A program made the position numbers and the translations under genes. Shown piece after piece: positions 46,760-58,447 of a DNA stretch of 64,000 bases (position 1 is the stretch's first letter; each line of letters starts with the position of its first letter). Under the pieces are notes generated by a model. The model ran no database searches and was not told the origin of the DNA. It saw only the letters and a program-made list of their open reading frames with translations. The stretch spans positions 62,001 to 126,000 of the forward strand of contig JBLDXI010000057.1 in NCBI GenBank assembly GCA_047495785.1, in the 5' to 3' direction. The DNA is from Lepidodermella squamata. Taxonomy: Eukaryota; Animalia; Gastrotricha.

Positions 46760-49072
46760 CTACCCGGAGATGGCAGATGCATAACGAAACGAAACCTTTG
46801 CCAAAGCCGATGCAATGCAAGATAACGAATAGAGTATCAACCCAGTTGATACAATGCCTATCTCAAAATTCCGCCACTCAGCCTTGTCCGGAACAATTAG
46901 GAGCGAGATGACGCAAAGAAATACAAGCGACGCACAGGCGAAAACAGTGAAAATCAGAATTTTCGCCTCAATGCTAGCCAGTCGATCTTTAATCGTGAAT
47001 TTTCTCATCGCTAATACTTTGAATGCTCCCAGGGCATGCAAAACTATCATTACAACCGAGTAGATCGGATACCAAACTTCAGCGTGTGAGGCATCGCACC
47101 AGTAGGTTGTCGCTTCAAAGTAGGAATCGCTTGGCTCATCGTAATCCATAGGCGCCGTCGTCATTCCTAATCTAGGGTGGCCTTGGCCAGCGAACCAGAT
47201 GATTATTGAAGTTGTTGTCACAGTTAGGGTGATCGACAAAGATACAAACACTCGATTGCTGCTGTAAAGCGGAGAAGTTTTTAATTTCCGAGTGGTTTTT
47301 GGGCATTTTGACAGAACACTGCCTTCAGATGAATCATATATAGCTCGGTTGGCTGGTATTTTTAACTTCCTCTCGTATCGCATTCGCTGGCTTAGTATAT
47401 AAATTCCTGGCACAAGGATACTGCTAGCTAAGAACAGTCCGTAAATCATTAAAACCAAAGACGCTGAACAGGATTCAACAGAAACTTCGCTGACTAAAGA
47501 AATGACGGCTGCTAGGCAAAGATTGGCACCCACCAGCATTATAATATCCCCTCCAAAGCTGTTTTTGTTCTCTTTTTTGTGTACGAACAAAACAAAGCCA
47601 AGTATCAAGCTGAATGAAATGAAAATTGAAGAAAAACCAGTGTATACCCACCTCGCAACTTCAGGAAATTTGTTAATCGAACGATAAACTTCTGGCACGT
47701 CATTCGGCGGATTTCCCCGTTTGCTATACCAATTTGGTTCGGCGATGCTCAGGATTTCATAAGAAGAAATGTTGATATCCTCCAATCTCGGGCTCGAAAG
47801 TGGCGATCTGAGCACAACTCGCTTCAATAGGTTCAGCGACGAGTTGAAGTGTTGAGATATCAGCATATCTTCGTTATCAATCTCGAGAAATTGCGAGTAT
47901 TTGAATCTGCCAATTCTTATTCCGATAAAATCTGACGCTGCCACGCTTGAATTGACCACTCCTACCACGAGTTGTGGATCGCGAGAGTAATCCGCTAAGC
48001 TTTTGTTAAACTGTTGCTCAAGAACTTTGTTGCTTCGATCGAGAGCAAGAATGGCCATCATCATCGCGTCGTGGCAAAAATGTCTCAGTGGGTAATCAGC
48101 GGACCGTGAATAGTTCGTCTGCCGGGCAAGGGCCACCTCAAACTGCGTCAGATTGTAGCCGAACGCACTAGGCCCAAAATCCCTCTCAGCTTCACTCGGA
48201 ATGCCATGGAAAAACGTAAGTTTCATTTGTTCCAGAATGGTTCGACGCGTGCATCCAGGTGGTAGATCATCGACGCCGCCATCAACTTCAGGATTGATAT
48301 AAGTCACCTGATAAATAATGAACACATATTGCGGCGCCTTTATGCCAGCTTTGTAAGCCTCGCACAAAAATCTGCGAGTCACCGCGCCTTGGGTAGACTG
48401 TAGGTTCAAAATTCTACTGTTTGTCGACTTGATTGATTCGAAAACTGAGGGTTCAATTTCATCTTGAATAGGCGCCAGGAGTGACACTTTCATGCCGTTT
48501 CTCGTGAAGAATTGAACAAGCAAGTCAGTGTTCTGATAGGATTGAGTATTCACACTGTAGTATATTATGGCGACACGATTCCATTTACCAATAGGGCCCA
48601 TAAATAAATGTTGAGCTACAGCACTGTATTCAGCTGCCATCCTTACTCGATAGAGATTTGGATAGAGAACCCGGTTAGCTGTAAAAGCGCTACTGCCGCA
48701 TCCCGTTGCAATTTGAATGATGTCTATTTGCCGGGCCATTCCAGCTCCGATTTGACAAGCTGCGGAAGGGCCAATTGCGATTGGAGCAAGCAGTTTCCCT
48801 TCGAGTTGGATGCGATCAATTGATCGAATCAAATTGCCTGGGAAATTCATAGCATTTCTGCCTTCGTCCGCGAATACAGGGTTCACTTCGAAATCGGGGA
48901 GAATGTCTGGGCGGGAATTGGCCGCATCGACAGCAATCTGCATAGCTGCCTGACATTCTGAGATCCGCTGCGATCGAGGGCTAAGCGCTACCAAATGAAT
49001 ATTATTAGGCTTCGATCTAGCATTTGCACGAGTAAATGAAAGCGCCGTTAAGGCGACAAAAAATGTGAACAT
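46760..49072 (-). CDS. Class C GPCR, GABA-B-like, intronless, G4
   Basis: 770 aa; VFT + 7TM. Confidence 0.88.
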   Translation of the reverse strand: MFTFFVALTALSFTRANARSKPNNIHLVALSPRSQRISECQAAMQIAVDAANSRPDILPDFEVNPVFADEGRNAMNFPGNLIRSIDRIQLEGKLLAPIAIGPSAACQIGAGMARQIDIIQIATGCGSSAFTANRVLYPNLYRVRMAAEYSAVAQHLFMGPIGKWNRVAIIYYSVNTQSYQNTDLLVQFFTRNGMKVSLLAPIQDEIEPSVFESIKSTNSRILNLQSTQGAVTRRFLCEAYKAGIKAPQYVFIIYQVTYINPEVDGGVDDLPPGCTRRTILEQMKLTFFHGIPSEAERDFGPSAFGYNLTQFEVALARQTNYSRSADYPLRHFCHDAMMMAILALDRSNKVLEQQFNKSLADYSRDPQLVVGVVNSSVAASDFIGIRIGRFKYSQFLEIDNEDMLISQHFNSSLNLLKRVVLRSPLSSPRLEDINISSYEILSIAEPNWYSKRGNPPNDVPEVYRSINKFPEVARWVYTGFSSIFISFSLILGFVLFVHKKENKNSFGGDIIMLVGANLCLAAVISLVSEVSVESCSASLVLMIYGLFLASSILVPGIYILSQRMRYERKLKIPANRAIYDSSEGSVLSKCPKTTRKLKTSPLYSSNRVFVSLSITLTVTTTSIIIWFAGQGHPRLGMTTAPMDYDEPSDSYFEATTYWCDASHAEVWYPIYSVVMIVLHALGAFKVLAMRKFTIKDRLASIEAKILIFTVFACASLVFLCVISLLIVPDKAEWRNFEIGIVSTGLILYSLSCIASALAKVSFRYASAISG

Positions 49073-51559
49073 TTTGAGAAATGAGTCTTCAAAGCGTAGA
49101 CACTACGAAAAAGGCAACCTAAAACCATAATGGCACTTTAGAATCCGGAAGGATGCGTTCCAAGCATCTCGAGTTGCGTGGCGAGGGACTATTCTTCTCC
49201 TATCAAGTTGTTCATAAAAATTAGGTCGTTTTCTGAGTAATTGCGAAACACTGTTTTCAAGTGATTCGTCCAATGCGTCGATGAGAAGAAAGCTGCTGAA
49301 CGTTTTGCACAAAAATGCTCGTCAGTTCCATCTGATTATTTTTCGGAGTTTCAAATTATCCGCACAGATAAATAGTAATTGTGAAATATGAATAGCTTGT
49401 GCGTGCCCTGTTGATTTTTGTTTGCAAAGCGTGTGCGTGATGAGGGGTAATACAGTTTCCCGATTCCCGATAATTCACTAATCTCTGGCCACTTGCCACG
49501 CCCGGTTTACTTTTCTCCGTGGCATCCATTCTTTATTCTGTCGGATGGCAGTGTATTGCGGGAGGTTCTGGCATAGAGATGTACACCATTGACAAAACAC
49601 ATTGCTCCATTCGATCTTGTTTGGTGGTTGTTATGGATCTGAGAGTGAAATTTTCATTCTTTCATTCTGGAAAATCCAAGGTCGGCGAGTGCCGATTTTC
49701 AATGACGGGGAACTCCCGTTGTCGTGGGGCGTGTTCGGCCTGTCGGCCTGTCGGTCGTCAAGGAGGATAGTGGGGTACCTATGAAAAATAGCGGTGTAGT
49801 CACAGTTAACCGATGCAAGCTGTATTCCGTTGTTAGGTGTGTCGTCAAGGAGGATAGTGGTGTACGTAAAAAAAAACATCCAACTGTCCACTATGACGGG
49901 GCGTGTTCCGTCCGTCGTTCCGCCCGTCGTTCCGTCCGTCGTTAAAGTAGTATGTGTTAGTGTTGTCATAAAAATGAGTCCTATGTTTGAGGAGGATGTG
50001 TGTTGCAGTAAAAAATGCGTTGTCGTGTGACGGGGAACTCTCGATGATGTGGGGTCTTGTTCCACTCTGTCGGCAAAAAAGCATCAGTAACGGGTGTTAA
50101 AAATTAATCCCATTTACAGCAGGATTAGGGTGTGCCAGTAAAAAATGCGCTCTGTGCCGTGATGCCAGTCAATGACGCGTGCAGTTGTGCGCACGGCATC
50201 GACGCACTACATGGGCTGACTAGCGTGACAGGTGATTACCGTTTGCGCTACTCGGTTTGCGCGACGCGATCTGCTCGCCTATTACATGGTGCATATGCAT
50301 GTTAAGTGCCGCGCAAAATGAGTAGCGCAGACGGTAACCGCCCGTACTATTTTTGCATGTGCGGCGTGACAACGTTTGACCTGCGACTAACAGTAATAGC
50401 ACATTCCCAGACTCGCTTACGTTTTCGTAAAAACCATTACGCTACGCATTTGCGCTATTTTAACCGTTGATAAGCTAATGTGACGTAAAACGTAAATGTT
50501 CAAATACTAGCACATTCATGATTTGTTGCTAGAATTGAAGCCCACAGCCCACCTAAGCAACGATACATTGACTTGCAAGCCAATCTCAAAAATAGCCCGG
50601 GCGCTACAACGTAATACGCGATAAGCTGCGAGATATGGACCCTAATGCTAAGCGGTGTAGGTGACGGTTACCGAATGAATCTCAAATGAAGGATCGATTC
50701 CATCCGGGAATTACGCCGTCGTCGCGTGTGGATGACACGCTACTTGGTTATATGCGCAAAGCTGGACAGCAACTCAAAGATGTGCACGAAAACGTTATAC
50801 CTAGGTCTTAGGTTATGCATGTTCAGAGTCACACGTGCCCACGTGCTTGACGAAGTCACGGAGTTCCCCGTCAACTGTCAAAGGCCGCAGGCCGACAGTG
50901 GTAATAAGAAATATCGAGAATATCGGGATTTCGAGCGAGGCGAGAAATAATTTGGCAATTCTGCAAAACAATTCCTCCAGTTTTTGAGCAAAATATGAGC
51001 CATTTTGTAATGGAAAAAAGCCGAAGAGGGCTTCTTAATAGATCGGCGGTTTTAATGGGAAACTTTCTCTTGTAAAGCACGGAATGAAGCCAAGTGTTGA
51101 GGTCTAATACTATAATCATTATTAAAAATAATTAAAAGAAATAAATAATTTAAGGTTTGAAAAACAAGTATGCGCACGTGCCAATCTGGTCCGAAATCAA
51201 TCAGAGTGAAGTAGAGAGCAGATATACTACTACTCGCGTGATCTAAAAAGCTATTTTTGTTTACCGATTTTCTTTGCTTTCACTTTTATTTTCTGATTTT
51301 TATAAAAGCGGGTGGTTTTTCGTCACGCCGCCGGCTGCCAAAAATCCGCCAGATGGCTATTGTTGCTAAAACAGCAGGCAATAAACTTATTATCACCCTT
51401 CTCCGCCACTTCTCAAATTAAACGTTGAACAATGCTCGAACGTGTCTTAATTGATGCGTGAAATGTCGAAAAAAGGGACGGACTGAGAAAACACAGGGAT
51501 AATACCGTTCACCATGACCTTTACCTTTGACCTTTCACCGTCTTAAGACAAATCCAACG

Positions 51560-51613
51560 GGCGGACTTGACAAATTACTCCGGCGGACTTGACAAATTAC
51601 TCCGGCGGACTTG
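51560..51613. repeat. 22-bp tandem repeat, about 2.5 copies
   Basis: GGCGGACTTGACAAATTACTCC repeated. Confidence 0.85.
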
Positions 51614-51786
51614 TATAAAATCGGCCAGAGTAATTTTAAGCCGAACCACTGTGCACAATGAGGCTGAGTAATTTTACAACCCTGGCAGATTTTAATATGA
51701 GTAGGGTAATAATTTCATGTATCACCTTGAAACAGAAGTAAACAGGCTTAATTCACATTTTTCATTGACGCTAGTGATGTAAATAA

Positions 51787-54096
51787 TTACCGTGGCCTTT
51801 GAAGCAAAAACGTGGCCATCGTCGATGCTATGCCGCACAACGAGTAAAGCACCAACCCGGTTGACACTATCCCGATTTCAAAGTTCCGCCACTCAGCCTT
51901 GTCCGGAACAATCAGGAGCGAGACAACACTCAGAAATATGAGTGAAGCACAGGCAATAACGGTCAAAGTCATAATTTTAGCCTCAATGCTTGCTAACCGA
52001 TTTCTTATGGAGATCTTTTTCATCGCCAGAACTTTTAGCATTCCCAGGGCATGCGTGGCAGTGGTTAAAGCCGCATAAATCGGATACCAAATTGCAGCGT
52101 GTTGGGCATCGCACCACTGAGTTGTCACCTCGTAGTAAGAATCGCTCAAGTCATCGTAAAGAATCGACGTCACCGTCATTCCAACCTCTGGAAGACCAAA
52201 GCCAAAAAACCAAATACCTATTGAGATGGTTATCGCCACCAGGGTGATCGGCATCGCAAGTTTTTCTCTTTTAGCTATGTTAAGTTGAGCATAATTATTC
52301 AACTTCTCACCTATTTCTTTGCGTGCTAACGAAACCTCGCTCGTTGAAGAAGAAGTGAACTTAGTTTGAAAAATCCTTGTCGGCTTTGGTTTTCTTTCTT
52401 GTCGCATCTGTCGGCTGAGAAGAAAGAGCCGCGGCACAATGACACTGTTGACTAAGAACAGCCCGTAAATAGTGAAAACCAAAGAACTTGTACATGATTC
52501 AACAGAAACCCTGCTAACCAAAGATATCACAGCTGCAAGGCATGAAGCTGAACCAATCACAATTATGAAATCGCCGGAAAAACTGTGTATGTTGGCCTTT
52601 CTGTATACGATCAAAACAACGCAAAATCCAAATGAGAATGCCATCATTATTGAAGAAAAACCCGTGAATATCCACCTCGCAACATCGGGAAAATTGTTTA
52701 TCAATCTTCTAACTTCTGATAGATCTTTAGGCGGATTTCCATGCTTGTTGTGCCACGTAGGCTCAGCCATTATCAGAATTTCATAAGATGAAATGTTGAT
52801 ATTCTCTAATCTCGGACTATTCAGAGGTGATCTCAGAACAACTCGGCATAAAGGATTCAGCGTCGAGTTGAAGTGTTGTGAGATCAGCATATCTTCGCTA
52901 TCAATCTCGAGAAATCTGGAGTATTGTAATCTTCCTATTCGAATGCCGACGAAATCTGAGGCTGCAACGCTTGAATTAACAACTCGTCCGACAAGTTTTG
53001 GATAGCGTGAATAATCCGCTAAGCTTTTGTTATACTGTTGCTCAAGAACTTTGTTGCTTCGATCGAGAGCAAGAATGGCCATCGTCATTGCGTCGTGGCA
53101 AAAGTGTCGTAAGGGATATTCTGACGACCTAGATTTGTTCGTTATTCTATCTAGTGCCCCTTCAAACATGGTTAAATTGTAACCGAAGGCGCTCGGCCCA
53201 AAATCCCTCTCAGCTACATTCGGAATGCCGTGGAAAAACGACAGCTTCATTTGATCCAAAATGATTTGACTGGTGCAGCCTGAGGGTAGATCATCGACAC
53301 CGCCGTCAACTTCAGGATTGATATAAGTCACCTGATTTATCATGAAAACGTATTGCGGCGCCCTAACGCCAGCCTTGTAGGCCTCGCACAATAACTTCCG
53401 AATAATAACGTTCTGTGGAGCCTGAAGTATGACGATACGACTGTTTGTCGATTTGACGGATTCGAATACAGAGGGATCGATATCATCTTGAACAGCTGTG
53501 ATTAATGAGAATGTCATTGCATTTTTCGTGTAGAGTTTGAAAAGCAAATCTGTGTTCAGGTATGCTAGGGGGTTCACACTGTAGACTATTATTGCGACAC
53601 GATTCCATTTCCCGATACGGCTCAAAAATAAGTATACAGCTATAACGCTGTAATCGGCTGTCATTCTAACACGGTACAGGTTGGGGTATAGACCGCGATT
53701 CGCTGTGAAAGAGTTTCCGCCGCAACCTGTCGTAATTTGAGTAATTTCCAGCTCTCGAGCTATTCCAGCTCCGTTTTGACAAGCTACCGAAGGGCCGATG
53801 ACGATTGGAGCAAGCAATTTCCCTTCGACTTGGATGCGGTCAATTGCGCGAATCAAGTTGCTTGGGAAATTCATAGCATTCCTGCCTTCATCTCCGTATT
53901 CAGGGTTCAATTCAAAATCGGGTAGAATGTCTGGGCGGGAATTGGCGGCATCGACAGCAATCTGCATAGCTGCCTGACATTCTGAGATTCTCTGAGATCG
54001 AGGAGTTAGTGCCAACAAATGAAGCTTATTAGGCTTCGATCCAGCATAAGCGCAAATAAGTGAAAGCGCTGTTACAGCGAAAAAAACGTGCAACAT
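51787..54096 (-). CDS. Class C GPCR, GABA-B-like, intronless, G5
   Basis: Start placed at MLHVFFAV by alignment with paralogue signal peptides and the AAAATG context. Confidence 0.88.
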   Translation of the reverse strand: MLHVFFAVTALSLICAYAGSKPNKLHLLALTPRSQRISECQAAMQIAVDAANSRPDILPDFELNPEYGDEGRNAMNFPSNLIRAIDRIQVEGKLLAPIVIGPSVACQNGAGIARELEITQITTGCGGNSFTANRGLYPNLYRVRMTADYSVIAVYLFLSRIGKWNRVAIIVYSVNPLAYLNTDLLFKLYTKNAMTFSLITAVQDDIDPSVFESVKSTNSRIVILQAPQNVIIRKLLCEAYKAGVRAPQYVFMINQVTYINPEVDGGVDDLPSGCTSQIILDQMKLSFFHGIPNVAERDFGPSAFGYNLTMFEGALDRITNKSRSSEYPLRHFCHDAMTMAILALDRSNKVLEQQYNKSLADYSRYPKLVGRVVNSSVAASDFVGIRIGRLQYSRFLEIDSEDMLISQHFNSTLNPLCRVVLRSPLNSPRLENINISSYEILIMAEPTWHNKHGNPPKDLSEVRRLINNFPDVARWIFTGFSSIMMAFSFGFCVVLIVYRKANIHSFSGDFIIVIGSASCLAAVISLVSRVSVESCTSSLVFTIYGLFLVNSVIVPRLFLLSRQMRQERKPKPTRIFQTKFTSSSTSEVSLARKEIGEKLNNYAQLNIAKREKLAMPITLVAITISIGIWFFGFGLPEVGMTVTSILYDDLSDSYYEVTTQWCDAQHAAIWYPIYAALTTATHALGMLKVLAMKKISIRNRLASIEAKIMTLTVIACASLIFLSVVSLLIVPDKAEWRNFEIGIVSTGLVLYSLCGIASTMATFLLQRPR

Positions 54097-54768
54097 TTTG
54101 CAGTTAAAAGTTAAAAGTCGGAATTGTAGACTGAAACGGTAGAGGATATTCGACATTGCAATTTGAAACCATAATGGAAGGCTAGACTTCGGAAGGATGC
54201 TTTCGGAACACCTACAGAGCCGAACGGTTGCTTCCGTAAACGTTGGCGGATTTATTTTTTGGACTAATCACGAGGCATCATCGAGGCACGATTACTTATC
54301 AGGCAAATTTATAAATAATACTTGAAAATAAGTGTTAGATGAAATTGCAACTGTTGAAATTGCTATAGCAAAACACCTCAAGAGCTGCTAGTTCGTAGAG
54401 CTTCCCCGTGAAATGAATGGCTAGCTAGTAAGGGAACCATTCTGAATTCTGAACCATATCGACCTGTCCAGAACTCCAGCGTCCTGGGAAGGCCGTCTAG
54501 CTTGAATCTTGTGTCCATGTGATGGGTTAATTACCCCAATTGCATTGCAGTGAGAGCTCGAGAGCTATATGACCCTACAAACTGGGCAATACTAAGCGCG
54601 ATGGTCATCTATAAGCAAATGGGCTATTATTTCAACATTTACGGCAAAGAACATCGATGAATGCGTAATGCACAACTTTTGTAATGCAAGAAATGCAAAA
54701 CACATTTTTTCAGGTGCCTAAGTATATAATCAAACGATAAAAGCAGTGAGCCACAGGCCCTCCATCTA

Positions 54769-57114
54769 CTAATGCAAAGTTGGATGATTCGGCTTGAATC
54801 CGGTCCTGTAACGGAACCAAACCTTTGTCAACGTCGATGCAACACAGCATAACGAATAGAGCATCAATCCAGTTGACACTATCCCGATTTCGAAATTCCG
54901 CCACTCGGCCTGGTCTGGAACAATCAGGAGCGAAATGACACCCAGAAATACAAGTGAGGCACAGGCAATAACAGTGAAGATCATAATTTTAGCCTCGATG
55001 CTAGCCAGTCTATTTCTTATCGAGAATTTTCTCATCGCCAAGGCTTCCAGCAACCCAACGGCATGCAAAAGTGTGATTACGGCCGTATAGATTGGATACC
55101 AAATAGCAGCATGAGGGGCGTCGCACCAGTGAGTTGTTACCCCGTAGTACAAATCATTCAAGTCATCGTAAAGAACCGGTTCCACCGTCATTCCAACTAT
55201 TGGATGTCCATAGCCTATGAACCAAATGCATATTGAGGTAGTTACCACCACTAGGGTCGACATGATCGAAATGAAAACTCGACTCTTGCTGTAAAGCTGG
55301 GCATTTTTTAGTTCAAGGCTGGTTTCTTCGTGAGTTAGCGAGACACTGCTTTTTGAGGCATCATAGCTTGCTCGATGGATAGCGTTAATTCTCGCCTGTG
55401 TCAGCTTTCTTTCGTCTCGCATTCTCTGTCCGAGATGAAATATTCGGGAAGAAGTGACACTGCTGACTAAGAATATCCCATAAATCATGAAAACCAAAGA
55501 ACTTGTGCATGATTCAACAGAGACCTCGCACACTAAAGAGATGACGGCAGCAAGGCATAAGTTGGAACCAAGGACAATAGTAAAATCGCCTGAGAAACTA
55601 CGTATGTTATCTCTTCTACGAACTATCAAAAAAATGCCCAATGCAAAGCTGAATAGCATTGAAGAAGTAGATAACCCAATGAAGATCCATTTCGCTACTT
55701 CGGGAAATTTGTTTATCGATCTATAAACTTCTGATAGATCCTTGGGTGGTTTGCCGTGTTTATTGTACCACTTGGGTTCGGCTACTTTCAGAATTTCGTA
55801 GGCTGAAATATTGGCATCCTCCAATCTTGGGCTTGTCAATGGCAATCTGAGCACGACTCGGTTCAAAGTATTCAGCGTCGAGTTGAAGTGTTGAGAGGCA
55901 AACATATCCTCGTTGTCTATCTCAACAAATTGGGAGTATTTCAACCTTCCAATTCGTATTCCGATAAAATCGGATGCTGCAACGCTTGTGTTCACTATGT
56001 TTCCTACAAGCTGTGGATCACGAGAATAATCCGCTAGGGTCTTGTTGAATTGCTGAACAAGAACTCTGTTGCTTCGATCCAGGGCAAGAATAGCCATCAT
56101 CATCGCGTCGTGGCAATAATGCCTTAGAGGATACTCGGATGACCTAGATTTGTTTGTAATTCTGTCAAAAGCCACCTCAAACTCGGTCAAATTGTAACCT
56201 AACGCACTCTTGCCAAAGTCTGTCTCAGCTTCATTCGGAATGCCGTGGAAAAACGCCTGTCTCGTTTGTTCAATGATCATTTGGCGAGTGCAACCGGCCG
56301 GTAGCGGGCCACCATCAGATTCAGGGTTAGCATAGGCGATCTGGCTTATCATAAACACGTATTGAGGCGATTTTATTCCAGCCTTATAGGCCTCGCATAA
56401 GAAGTTGATCACTAAAAAGCCCTGACCGAACTGTAGGTTCAGGATACGGCTGTTCGTCGACTTGATCGATTCGATAATCGAAGGGTCGATTTCGTCTTGA
56501 ATAGCGGTGAAAAGCGACACAGACATGCCGTTTCGGGTTATCAATTTCAAAGCCAAATCAGCATTCGCGTACGATGTAGGATTCCCTGTGTAGAATATTA
56601 TGGCGACGCGGTTCCATTTACCAGCGCGGCTCAAGAATAGGAACTGGGCTACTACGCTGTAGTCGGTGGCCATTCTTACGCGATAGAGGTTTGGATAAAT
56701 GGCGCGGTTCGCTGTGAAAACGCTACCGCCGCATCCTGTTGATATCTGAGGCATTTCCAGGAATCGCACTATTCCGGCTCCGTTTTGGCATGATATCACA
56801 GGACCTACTACGACTGGAGCCAACAGCTTCCGCTCACTTTGAATTCTATCGATAGCGCGAATCAAACGGCTAGGGAAATTCACAGCATTCCTATCCTCAT
56901 CAGCATAGACAGCGACCAAATCGAAATCGGGCAGTATGTCTGAGCGAGAATTAGCGGCATCGATAGCGATCTGCATAGCTGCCTGGCATTCGGAGATTCG
57001 CTGGTTCAACTGACCTGGCGACTTGAAAGCAATCAGGTGCAGCTTTCCGGCTTTTGATACAGCCTTATCTGCTACAAGCAAACATGATGTAAGTGCTAAA
57101 ATTTCGCGAAACAT
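54769..57114 (-). CDS. Class C GPCR, GABA-B-like, intronless, G6
   Basis: Start placed at MFREILAL (compare MIREFF of G3); VFT + 7TM. Confidence 0.88.
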   Translation of the reverse strand: MFREILALTSCLLVADKAVSKAGKLHLIAFKSPGQLNQRISECQAAMQIAIDAANSRSDILPDFDLVAVYADEDRNAVNFPSRLIRAIDRIQSERKLLAPVVVGPVISCQNGAGIVRFLEMPQISTGCGGSVFTANRAIYPNLYRVRMATDYSVVAQFLFLSRAGKWNRVAIIFYTGNPTSYANADLALKLITRNGMSVSLFTAIQDEIDPSIIESIKSTNSRILNLQFGQGFLVINFLCEAYKAGIKSPQYVFMISQIAYANPESDGGPLPAGCTRQMIIEQTRQAFFHGIPNEAETDFGKSALGYNLTEFEVAFDRITNKSRSSEYPLRHYCHDAMMMAILALDRSNRVLVQQFNKTLADYSRDPQLVGNIVNTSVAASDFIGIRIGRLKYSQFVEIDNEDMFASQHFNSTLNTLNRVVLRLPLTSPRLEDANISAYEILKVAEPKWYNKHGKPPKDLSEVYRSINKFPEVAKWIFIGLSTSSMLFSFALGIFLIVRRRDNIRSFSGDFTIVLGSNLCLAAVISLVCEVSVESCTSSLVFMIYGIFLVSSVTSSRIFHLGQRMRDERKLTQARINAIHRASYDASKSSVSLTHEETSLELKNAQLYSKSRVFISIMSTLVVVTTSICIWFIGYGHPIVGMTVEPVLYDDLNDLYYGVTTHWCDAPHAAIWYPIYTAVITLLHAVGLLEALAMRKFSIRNRLASIEAKIMIFTVIACASLVFLGVISLLIVPDQAEWRNFEIGIVSTGLMLYSLCCVASTLTKVWFRYRTGFKPNHPTLH

Positions 57115-57406
57115 TTTAGTGCAGTACTGCAGATGAACATTTTGAAACGTAGAGAATCGCATATTTGCGTAAGAGGATACGGGCAACTAAGCTGTCGGGG
57201 TCTTCGTAGGCTGATGTTGTTTGACCTAGGCGAAGCTAGACTCAATAAATGACACTATCCTAATTATTTTTATAGAATGTTCAAAACTCTTAAGATTCAT
57301 TTTATTTTCACGTACAGATGTAAACCTGCAAAACTTCTAATAGATGTTTTTGAGGATGTTTTTTCTACTCATAAAAGACTTTTAAATCGAATTAGCTTCC
57401 GTATTT

Positions 57407-58084
57407 CTATGCTTCGGTTTTGCGACAGGATTTCTCGCAATCTTCCAGTGACTCGAAGTTGTTTTCATTAGCATCGCAGCCCTGTTAAAACAATATTGCC
57501 TCATGAAAGGATTGTCAGTTGGCCTTTAACTTACGCCATAAGTGAAAAGCATGCAGCGTCCCTCTGAGGCGTCGTAGTAGTAGCGACGGAAGAAGGCCTT
57601 GCATCGGCCCGTAACTCGAGGCTTCAGACAGGCCTCAACTGTCGAATTGAACTGTTCGGATGAGAACGTCCGGCGAGCATTGGCAGATTGCGGCTTCTGA
57701 ATGCCACAAGTCACGAGGCATTCGTTGGACGATCGGAACCCAGCACCCTGTCCACGAGGCATGCATTCACTCCAGGGAGCGTCGACGCAGCTGTTTATGG
57801 CCTGGTCGTAGTAGAAATCCTGCTGTGTTGCCATGCGACAAGCAGGGCCTTCGTGTTCGGGCGGGACAGGCAACGAACATCGTCTATCGCGATACACCAT
57901 CACCTTATGTACAACCTGCCTCACCTCGTAATCATCGTCGTCAACTAGATTAGAGGAAGGTTGGCAAAGCTTAGGATTTAGGAAAAAACAAGGCGAAATT
58001 ACCGTCAGGGTCGACGCAGTCTGAATTACAGGCAGCGGCGAGAGATACTGAGAGAGCTAGAATCGAAAAAATTAAGCGCATCAT
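57407..58084 (-). CDS. Secreted two-domain Kunitz protease inhibitor (exons 58084-58003, 57944-57535, 57481-57407)
   Basis: Signal peptide; GRCKAFFRRYYYD....C..FTYGGC.AN.NNF....C...C after splicing. Confidence 0.9.
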
Positions 58085-58447
58085 GTTGATCATTGGCTGA
58101 AAAAACTCACTGAAATGCTGGGTTTTATGTAATAAGAATTTTAATTAATTCACACTCGAAGGTCAAAAATGCGTGAATTCACAACTAAAAAATGCGGCTT
58201 AAATTCCAGGATCCAGGCCAGGATTTTTTGCGTGCCCAAATTACACTGAGATAGATAAAAAGTGGCGTGTAATTATTTATTAAGTGCGCAATTGCGAGAG
58301 TGAATGATGTCCATTTGCGGCCATTATACATCAGCGCTGAGTGTTTGCTTAGATCTCACAAGGGTGCAATAATGACGTGCGAATTTCTGGACATTCACAC
58401 TTAGTCGAGTAAGAAAAGGCGTTAGAGTCATACTCTATTCACACAAT

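Noticed and set aside
49631-50065. 144-aa Thr-rich ORF
   Set aside because: Produced by nucleotide repeats; no signal peptide or domain
18130-57186. Numerous short + strand ORFs over the GPCR genes
   Set aside because: Antisense shadows of the - strand coding sequences
54097-57186. Longer N-termini of G5 (start 54156) and G6 (start 57186) from the ORF track
   Set aside because: Downstream ATGs align with paralogue signal peptides and share the AAAATG context
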